A DNA stretch of 64,000 nt from Minisyncoccota bacterium (GTDB lineage: Bacteria; Patescibacteriota; Minisyncoccia; Phycocordibacterales; UBA9973), in NCBI GenBank assembly GCA_041663185.1, contig JBAZQY010000001.1, positions 19,448-83,447 on the forward strand. The letters are read 5' to 3'. The translations under genes were made by a program, and so were the position numbers. Shown piece after piece: positions 57,241 through 64,000 of the stretch; within the stretch, counting starts at the first letter, position 1; every line of letters begins with the position of its first letter. The notes beneath the pieces are model-generated. The model was not told where the DNA came from. It was given only the letters and a program-made list of their open reading frames with translations, and ran no database searches.

Positions 57241-57948
57241 TTAGAGAGTACCTGCGACTCTTTTTTTATGACTAATAGGATTTTCTATTAATAATCCATC
57301 ACGAATAAATAAAATTCTATCAGCATGCTCTGCTATATCTTGTTCATGAGTAATAAGAATTATCGTTCTCCCAAGATCTTTATTTAATTTCTGAAATGTA
57401 GCCAAAACAATATCTCCAGTTTTAGTATCAAGATTACCAGTAGGTTCATCCGCAAGAATTATGGATGGATTATTTACAAGAGCCCGTGCAATAGCCACAC
57501 GTTGAATTTGTCCACCAGATAATTGATTTGATAAATGATGGAAATGTTCTGTCCCAAGTCCAGCTTTCACAAGAGCCTCTTTTGCTCTTTCTTCTCTTTC
57601 TTTTTGAGGTACACCATCATAGACAAGTGGTAAGGTTACATTTCTTAAAACTGTCGCTCGAGGAAGAAGATTAAATGATTGAAAAACAAAACCTATTTTA
57701 TCTTTTCTTATATCTGCTAGTTCATCATCAGATAATTTTGAAACATCTTTTCCATCAAGAAAATATGTCCCACTTGTCGGAGTATCTAAAGCCCCAAGTA
57801 TATGCATTAGGGTAGATTTACCAGAGCCAGATGGGCCCATTATTGCCACGAATTCACCGCTTTTTATAGAAAAACTTATTCCTCTTAGAGCTTGAAATGG
57901 CTCACTCCCCCCATCATAAGTTTTTGTGATATTTTTAATTTCAATCAT
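57241..57948 (-). CDS. ABC transporter ATP-binding protein (LolD/MacB type)
   Basis: [28 protein letters not shown]. Confidence 0.96.
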   Translation of the reverse strand: MIEIKNITKTYDGGSEPFQALRGISFSIKSGEFVAIMGPSGSGKSTLMHILGALDTPTSGTYFLDGKDVSKLSDDELADIRKDKIGFVFQSFNLLPRATVLRNVTLPLVYDGVPQKEREERAKEALVKAGLGTEHFHHLSNQLSGGQIQRVAIARALVNNPSIILADEPTGNLDTKTGDIVLATFQKLNKDLGRTIILITHEQDIAEHADRILFIRDGLLIENPISHKKRVAGTL

Positions 57949-57953
57949 ATTAA

Positions 57954-59546
57954 TTATCGCATTATTCCACCCATGACAGCACCACCCATAGGACTACCTC
58001 CACCCATCATTATATTTTTGTCATTAGTAGAAGATTTTGTAGATGTAGAAGAATTGCCACTTGTAGTAGTTTTTATAATCACCTTGTCTCCTTCATCCAA
58101 ACCAGAAATAATTTCTGTCAGGGTGTCATCTGAAATTCCAATTTCTATTTCTTTTCTAATAGGCAAATCAGAAGATGGATTAAATATTTCGACATAAGAA
58201 ACTCCATTTTTGGCTTTGATAGCGCTACTTGGAACTACTAAGATATTTTCTTTTGATTCTGTTGTAATCTCTATATTAGTGCTCATACCTGTTTTAATAC
58301 GTTCATCATCAGAATCAAAACTAATTTTTACATTATAAGTAACAACACCAGAAGAAACAGTTCCCACGGAATCAATTTCCGAAACAACTCCCTCCACAGA
58401 CAAATCTTCGATCGCATCAAAGGTGAGAATTGTTTTCTGGCCTAATTCTACTTTCGCTATATCTACTTCGTTTAAAGAAATAGTCACAACTTTTTGTTCA
58501 GTAATCAATGTTCCAATACTAGATCCAGAAGATTCTCCAACTTTTGCTGTTAAAGTCGCAATAATTCCATCAAATGGCGCATGTACAAAACAATCATTGT
58601 ATGCATTTTGTTTGCTTTGGACGGAAAGTTCCGCTGACCTTATATCAAGTTTATCTTCGCCCTCTAAAATATCATTTAGGGATTCTGTATTTTCATTAAT
58701 AGAATTAATTGAGGAAAGTAAATCTGTCACATAATTATTGGAACTATCAAGCCAAGAATTTAGATCTGTCTCTGTTGAGATAGCCTCTGCATCATCTTGA
58801 TAATCTAAATAATTCACCATATAATCAAAAGTCGCTTTCATTTCCTTAATATTATTGGCCAAAAGTTTCGCTGATTCATGAGATTTATTTAATAAATTCA
58901 TTATTTCTTCTTCAGAACTTGCTCGTGACAAACTTTTATAAAGTTTTGTTATTTCTTTTATATTTTTTTCTAATTCATAATAATTTTCTTCCAATAAATC
59001 AACCTTGTCTTTACCAACAGAAGATAGTTTAGAAACATTTTCATAATTGAAAAATCCAATATTATAAACATCCTTAATATCCCCGATCATAGAATTTATC
59101 TCAGTAATAAAAGATGAGGCTGTATTCCATCCATCATTATAAGATTCAGAAACTGAATTTTCTTTTTGAAGTAAAGTTAGAGAATCTGGGTCATCTATTA
59201 ATTTAGTTAGGGAAATTTTAGCATTCTCAAGTGCTATTTTTGCATCACGAGAATCAACACTTGCAATAAGTTTTCCCTTTTTAACAAAATCTCCCACCTT
59301 CACCCCAACATAAGTCACATCCCCTGTTGTTCCAGATTTTAGCGTTAAAGTATTTGTAGCTTCAATCTGACCAGTACCAGTGACATAAGTTATAATATTG
59401 CTCCTTTCTACTGAAGCAGTAGTATAACTGGCCTCACTGTTTTTATTACTTTTTATCAAAAAGTAGCCGCAAATTATCACAATCAGCAAAGCAACCAAAC
59501 TTACAATCTTGTGTGACAAGATAAATAATTTTATTTTTTGTAACAT
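57954..59546 (-). CDS. HlyD/MacA-like membrane fusion protein
   Basis: N-terminal TM, lipoyl half-motifs (VKVGD..KKG; APFDGII), long coiled coil, GLDEGD. Confidence 0.9.
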   Translation of the reverse strand: MLQKIKLFILSHKIVSLVALLIVIICGYFLIKSNKNSEASYTTASVERSNIITYVTGTGQIEATNTLTLKSGTTGDVTYVGVKVGDFVKKGKLIASVDSRDAKIALENAKISLTKLIDDPDSLTLLQKENSVSESYNDGWNTASSFITEINSMIGDIKDVYNIGFFNYENVSKLSSVGKDKVDLLEENYYELEKNIKEITKLYKSLSRASSEEEIMNLLNKSHESAKLLANNIKEMKATFDYMVNYLDYQDDAEAISTETDLNSWLDSSNNYVTDLLSSINSINENTESLNDILEGEDKLDIRSAELSVQSKQNAYNDCFVHAPFDGIIATLTAKVGESSGSSIGTLITEQKVVTISLNEVDIAKVELGQKTILTFDAIEDLSVEGVVSEIDSVGTVSSGVVTYNVKISFDSDDERIKTGMSTNIEITTESKENILVVPSSAIKAKNGVSYVEIFNPSSDLPIRKEIEIGISDDTLTEIISGLDEGDKVIIKTTTSGNSSTSTKSSTNDKNIMMGGGSPMGGAVMGGIMR

Positions 59547-59565
59547 ATTTATTTTTTATTTAAGA

Positions 59566-60075
59566 TTAATTAAATCTAACCGACACCTCAAAAGGAATAG
59601 GTAGAAGCCTGATGAGTTTAGCTTCAATCTGACCAGAAGAATTTGGCGTTCCTATCACAACAATATGATCATCTATTTTTAAATCTTCTTTTGCTACGCT
59701 ATCTCTCATTTTACGTATTTCAGTTTTGTCATCTACCAACACAACTTTTTCTGTGTTGTCTTTATCATCCAATACAACAATTAGAGGTAATTCCACTTTT
59801 ATAATTTTTCCTATTGCTCCGTGAGCATTTGGTAAATTACCAAAATCGCCAAACTCTCCTCCCATCATTTGAGGTCCTCTATGAGGAGAGCCAAAATTCT
59901 TAGCATAGTTGTCTCCCCAATTGCGACCAAATGAAGCTTTTCTAAATCCAGCTATCATTCCTGCTTGAAAAACAAGAACCAAAATAAATAGAACTCCAAG
60001 TGTGTACATAACTGTACTAAAAACTTTTGATTCCACTATATTTTTTAAACTAACTTTTGGTTTATTATTATCCAT
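59566..60075 (-). CDS. Membrane-anchored hypothetical protein (DUF5666-like tail)
   Basis: TM helix; DLKIDD.IVVIG..G.IEAK.IR pattern. Confidence 0.7.
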   Translation of the reverse strand: MDNNKPKVSLKNIVESKVFSTVMYTLGVLFILVLVFQAGMIAGFRKASFGRNWGDNYAKNFGSPHRGPQMMGGEFGDFGNLPNAHGAIGKIIKVELPLIVVLDDKDNTEKVVLVDDKTEIRKMRDSVAKEDLKIDDHIVVIGTPNSSGQIEAKLIRLLPIPFEVSVRFN

Positions 60076-60084
60076 GTAATTTAA

Positions 60085-60483
60085 TTATGCTATTAATAGC
60101 TTGTGTTTAAATTGATAAGAAACACGGCGTATGGAAATAAACAAAACAAATAACAAGAGGAATGAGAGGACCAAGCTTGCTATTGGTAATGAATCCACAA
60201 GAGAAAGAGTGTATTCTTTCCAGTATGTAGCAATAACACCACTATCAGAAAATGCTAATGATAAGTAATCATAAAAACCAAGTCTTAGCGACTCAACTAT
60301 GAGACTTCTGATAGATAAGACACTTCCAGATAGTGATAATATGCCTACACATAAATAACCGAATTTCTTCCATCTAGTTATTTGTGTATTTTTATATTCA
60401 ATTACACTTAAAATATCATGAGAGAGTCGACGCTCTGGTTGATATTTTGCATCTTTGAATAATTTTTGTAGATTTTGTTCCAC
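60085..60483 (-). CDS. Putative membrane anti-sigma factor
   Basis: Directly follows the ECF sigma; two TM helices; GTG start inferred. Confidence 0.65.
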   Translation of the reverse strand: MEQNLQKLFKDAKYQPERRLSHDILSVIEYKNTQITRWKKFGYLCVGILSLSGSVLSIRSLIVESLRLGFYDYLSLAFSDSGVIATYWKEYTLSLVDSLPIASLVLSFLLLFVLFISIRRVSYQFKHKLLIA

Positions 60484-60497
60484 GTTTATATATACGA

Positions 60498-61073
60498 TTA
60501 ACTTATAATTTTGGTGCAAACTTCTTCATTTAAAATCTCTTTTAATTTTAAAATAGCTCTATAGTGATAACTTTTAACAGTATTGAGTGGCTTGCCGAGA
60601 AGTTGCCCTATCTCATTAAAAGTCATATCTTCTTGGTAATAAAGGATAAGAACTTCTTTATAATTGGTTGGTAATTTATCAAGAATCTTATTCAACAACT
60701 CTTTGTCTTCAAGTTCGATAAGAGCTTGATCTGGTAAAATCAAATCGCTCGGAATCTCATTTTCAAAAGATTCTACACCCTCATTCAAAGAAGAAAAGGG
60801 TATCATCTTTTTCTTTCTTAAATAATCAGTGATGGTGTTACGGGTAATGGTAAAAATCCAAGTTTTAAAACTAGACTTAGTTTTATTAAACTTTTTTAAA
60901 TTCTTCCAAACCTTTATGAAAACATCTTGAACTATATCATTTACATTATCTTTCCCCACAAATCGTAGAGAAAAGTTATAAATAGATGGAGTATATCTCT
61001 CAACAAGCAACTTGAAAGAATCTTGATCTCCACCAAGATATTCATTGATTAGATATTCATCATCACTTTCCAT
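60498..61073 (-). CDS. ECF RNA polymerase sigma factor
   Basis: DIVQDVFIKVW, FKTWIF.I.RN...DYLR, EIG..L..P.NTVKS..RA. Confidence 0.95.
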   Translation of the reverse strand: MESDDEYLINEYLGGDQDSFKLLVERYTPSIYNFSLRFVGKDNVNDIVQDVFIKVWKNLKKFNKTKSSFKTWIFTITRNTITDYLRKKKMIPFSSLNEGVESFENEIPSDLILPDQALIELEDKELLNKILDKLPTNYKEVLILYYQEDMTFNEIGQLLGKPLNTVKSYHYRAILKLKEILNEEVCTKIIS

Positions 61074-61112
61074 CTTTATAACTATACTACTAATTAGATT
61101 CCAGAGAAAGAA

Positions 61113-61727
61113 TTAATTATTTTTATTATAATCTGGATGATTTTCCGGAATTGAGAAAAAATAATTAGTGTATCGAGATAAGGTAAAAAGGACACTGGAT
61201 AACCTATTCAGATAGGCTAGAGTATGAGGACTTACAATCCTACTCCCCTCGTCAGCAACTGATATAACTCTACGCTCTGACTTTCGGGCCAAGGTTCTCG
61301 CAAAATCGAGCCCTGCACTAATCAGACTCCCCCCTGAAATAGTGAAAGAGGTAATAGGAGGGAGAACTTCAGCAATTTGATTAATTATCTTTTCAATTTT
61401 TATTAATTCTTTTTTATCAATAGACATTTTAGATCCGCCAAGTTCCGCCTGAATGACAAAAAGATTTTGTTGAATTTCTTCTAAAATTTTAGAATATGGG
61501 GTTTTCTTTTTACTAATTGTTAGTGAAATTTTATCAATATCAGAATAAACTTTTATTATCCCCAAATACGCATTTAATTCATCGACAGAACCCAAGGCTT
61601 CAATCAACATCGCACTTTTTGAAATTCTCACTTGCTTACAATCAAAAAGAGTGGTCGTTCCTTTGTCTCCAAAACCAGTATACAAAATATTTTTATCCTT
61701 TTTTAAATGTTTTGGAATCCTCTTCAT
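61113..61727 (-). CDS. PduO-type ATP:cob(I)alamin adenosyltransferase
   Basis: YTGFGDKGTT, G.VDELNA, R..ERR, YLNRLSS.LF. Confidence 0.9.
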   Translation of the reverse strand: MKRIPKHLKKDKNILYTGFGDKGTTTLFDCKQVRISKSAMLIEALGSVDELNAYLGIIKVYSDIDKISLTISKKKTPYSKILEEIQQNLFVIQAELGGSKMSIDKKELIKIEKIINQIAEVLPPITSFTISGGSLISAGLDFARTLARKSERRVISVADEGSRIVSPHTLAYLNRLSSVLFTLSRYTNYFFSIPENHPDYNKNN

Positions 61728-61855
61728 GTTTTGAAGTATATCATGATTTAATTTGAAACAAAAAATCCACAGATTGACTCACAATATAAAAAATGTATAA
61801 TGGTTAAAAATTCGTTATAAGTAACCATAGTATTCATAAACTAAAAAACAATCTT

Positions 61856-62074
61856 ATGTGTCATGTATTGGTAGTTTTAGAAGGAAGGTCAAAAGACCCT
61901 GAGAACAAAGAAAAACAAAAATCTTTGACAACAACAATAAAAAAGAGGCACAAAAGTCCAATAATCATTTTTATAAATTTAGGAGACAAAAATGCCCAGA
62001 AAACACTGGAGAGCTATCAAAAAAAACACCCCAGCGCCATAAAGTGGCCACAATCCAAAACGATAACCGCATAA
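61856..62074 (+). CDS. Small hypothetical protein
   Basis: 72-aa ORF with upstream TTGACT-16-TATAAT (61774-61801) and downstream terminator. Confidence 0.45.
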   Translation: MCHVLVVLEGRSKDPENKEKQKSLTTTIKKRHKSPIIIFINLGDKNAQKTLESYQKKHPSAIKWPQSKTITA

Positions 62075-62089
62075 ACAAAAGATAACAGA

Positions 62090-62127
62090 AAAAAACCGAG
62101 ACAGACTTGTCTCGGTTTTTTATTTTT
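62090..62127. terminator. Bidirectional intrinsic terminator
   Basis: AAAAAACCGAGACA-GACT-TGTCTCGGTTTTTT. Confidence 0.8.
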
Positions 62128-62136
62128 CCAAAAATT

Positions 62137-62532
62137 TTATTCCGTAGTCACTCCATCGAAATCGGCTTCGTTCTCTTCTGCTTCTTTCTTTGTGGCTCGA
62201 ACAATTCCATCTTTGTGATGAGCGGGAGAATAAAGAGTGTAGAGTTTAAGTCCACCTTCTCCAGCGATAACATTATGATTTGCCCCAGATGGGACAATGA
62301 CGGCATCTCCATCGGCAACATCATACTCGGTCGCATTTATTATTACTTTCCCTATACCCTTTTCAAATCGGAAAAACTGATCATTATCGGGGTGAACTTC
62401 CATACCAATTTCTTCATTTGGTAACAAGCTCATAAGAACAAGCTGGCAATGCTCGCCTGAGTATAAAACTTTACGAAAATTATTATTTTCAGTTGTTAAT
62501 ATTTCAATATTATCTTTATATCCTTTTTTCAT
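62137..62532 (-). CDS. Cupin domain protein
   Basis: FRKVLY, QLVLMSL, EVH..DQFF, HNV, LYSPAHH. Confidence 0.9.
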   Translation of the reverse strand: MKKGYKDNIEILTTENNNFRKVLYSGEHCQLVLMSLLPNEEIGMEVHPDNDQFFRFEKGIGKVIINATEYDVADGDAVIVPSGANHNVIAGEGGLKLYTLYSPAHHKDGIVRATKKEAEENEADFDGVTTE

Positions 62533-62598
62533 TTTAGTTTAAATTAGTTAATTTTTAATATTTTAATTATAGCATTTTTAAATAAAATAAGAGCTTTT

Positions 62599-63201
62599 TT
62601 ATTTTAACTTTTTTATTATCTTTTTGTGACCAAAAGATATAATTACTAAAGCCAAAACTAGCACTAAAATTAATGAAATTCTCCCGACTGTTGTATTGAC
62701 TGTCTCCCATCTATCTGCAAAAAAATATCCTAAAAGTGAATACATACACACTTGGGCAACACTACCAATAGATTCATAAATAAAATATTTCTTGTATGGC
62801 GTTTTACTTATACCCGAAAGTAGATTAACAGATAACGTGGACAAAACTTCAAAACGACTGGCAAAGATAATAAAGCCGGGATGTTTATTAAACTTATCTT
62901 CAATCATCTTGAGAGTTTTTGATTCCAATATCTTACGAAAACCAACACGAGAAAGGACTTCTTTTCCATAACTTCGAGCAATCCAATACCCCATATTGTC
63001 TCCCAAAATATTTGCGATAATAGAAAGTATTATCACCCAATAAATATTAAAGTAGCCAATACTCGCAAAAGCTGAGGTCGCCATCAAAATACTTCCGGAC
63101 GGAATTGGAATAATGAGAGCTGCCCCAAAAGCAATAATAAAAATAGTTGTATATTTGTAAAGTAGAAGATACGGGATTATGGTTTGTAGAAAGAAATCCA
63201 T
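62599..63201 (-). CDS. DedA family membrane protein
   Basis: LGDNMGYWIAR..G, SRF, multi-TM. Confidence 0.85.
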   Translation of the reverse strand: MDFFLQTIIPYLLLYKYTTIFIIAFGAALIIPIPSGSILMATSAFASIGYFNIYWVIILSIIANILGDNMGYWIARSYGKEVLSRVGFRKILESKTLKMIEDKFNKHPGFIIFASRFEVLSTLSVNLLSGISKTPYKKYFIYESIGSVAQVCMYSLLGYFFADRWETVNTTVGRISLILVLVLALVIISFGHKKIIKKLK

Positions 63202-63317
63202 ATCCTAAATATAACACAAATTAAACCAAAGGTTTATTTAAAACTTGTAAAAATCTCCCAAAAGGGTAGTATAAGGAAAAATCAATATTTAAATCTTTAT
63301 AAAGAAAGGAGCTGAAA

Positions 63318-63917
63318 ATGAAGAAAATCCTAAGTAAATTAGGAATACTTTTTGGCTCCTTAAAAGAAGCTGAAAGTATTAAAATAAAAGTTTCTCGATT
63401 TTTTTTGGGATTTTTATTTTTTCAAATCATAAATAAATTAGGTATATTATTGATAAATCCTTTGATTATTTTCCTGTTTGAAACTAAAACAGCAATAATT
63501 GTAATGATTGTAGTTAGTTTTATCATCAGATATATTCTAATTAAAATTTACGATAATCAGAAAATAGATTGGTTTGGCTTAGAAAAATTCAAACAATGGT
63601 ACAAACAATGGGATGGAACATCTTTGATAGATGAGAATAGAACTAGAATGATAAGCATCATGATTTTCATTCTTAAAAAAGGTGGAAAATATTTTGGTAA
63701 ACCGCTTTTGATTCTAGTTTTTATCCCTTATGATCCATTCTTAACCGTAATCATACAAAGAAAAGGTTTTAATGCTTGGAATAACATTCCTAGCCTTACC
63801 ACTTTTTTACTTTTCATTTTAAGTGTTACCACTTGTTCTTTCATATATCTAGGAATATTTGATATCCTTGTCTGGTTATGGGAAATAATAAAAAATATTT
63901 TTTATTATTTATTCTAA
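63318..63917 (+). CDS. Hypothetical membrane protein
   Basis: Several hydrophobic segments, DWFGLE and DPF motifs; upstream AAGGAG. Confidence 0.75.
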   Translation: MKKILSKLGILFGSLKEAESIKIKVSRFFLGFLFFQIINKLGILLINPLIIFLFETKTAIIVMIVVSFIIRYILIKIYDNQKIDWFGLEKFKQWYKQWDGTSLIDENRTRMISIMIFILKKGGKYFGKPLLILVFIPYDPFLTVIIQRKGFNAWNNIPSLTTFLLFILSVTTCSFIYLGIFDILVWLWEIIKNIFYYLF

Positions 63918-63920
63918 ATT

Positions 63921-63960
63921 AAATCAGCTGGTAGTATTATTCACTACCAGCTGATTTTTT
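63921..63960 (+). terminator. Intrinsic terminator
   Basis: AAATCAGCTGGTAGT..ACTACCAGCTGATTTTTT. Confidence 0.8.
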
Positions 63961-64000
63961 ATTACTTTATTTAATATTTCAACTATCTATTATTCATTCC

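Noticed and set aside
56010-61073. ECF sigma, anti-sigma and MacAB-like exporter as a novel system
   Set aside because: Common envelope-stress and export arrangement; annotated as features only
1-64000. CRISPR array or cas genes
   Set aside because: No regularly spaced repeat-spacer series and no Cas-like ORF; the palindromes are dispersed
1-64000. Diversity-generating retroelement (topA duplicate as TR/VR)
   Set aside because: No reverse transcriptase seen, and the differences are synonymous at all base types rather than adenine-specific
1-64000. Genetic code 25 (TGA=Gly)
   Set aside because: Long genes are intact under code 11 and TGA ends genes at 8804, 15895 and 55368

Overview
Low-GC, gene-dense bacterial chromosomal window. 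It uses genetic code 11 (TGA is a stop). Gene content (short IF2, RNase J, homodimeric GlyRS, type-2 IleRS with an inserted domain, tRNAs without encoded CCA) suggests Patescibacteria/CPR, Parcubacteria-like; this is inference, not a database result. Core genes include topA, rel, parB, clpB, iscS-like, infB, rbfA, secG, rnj, rpsF-ssb-rpsR, tatD, metG, glyQS, recO, ileS and argS. There are three tRNAs (Tyr, Cys, Leu), a clustered thymidylate/folate and nucleotide-sanitising region, and an ECF sigma plus MacAB-like exporter module. A ~6 kb element is integrated in tRNA-Tyr: a large serine recombinase, two VirD4/TraD/HerA-like ATPases, and a 15-bp direct repeat. The most unusual signal is non-coding: many 20-210 bp protein-free palindromic elements. 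Several have GC-rich cores with tandem GA/GA and GNA-loop motifs, flanked by arms that match the local target. At four essential genes (topA, rpsR, tRNA-Leu, tRNA-Tyr) the gene 3' end is duplicated around such an insert, and the topA and rpsR duplicates are synonymously recoded. Also seen: in-frame palindromes and heptamer arrays inside proteins, a candidate stand-alone small RNA beside ileS, and a Cys-rich gene split by one in-frame TAG. All calls come from reading motifs by eye; no searches or folding programs were run.
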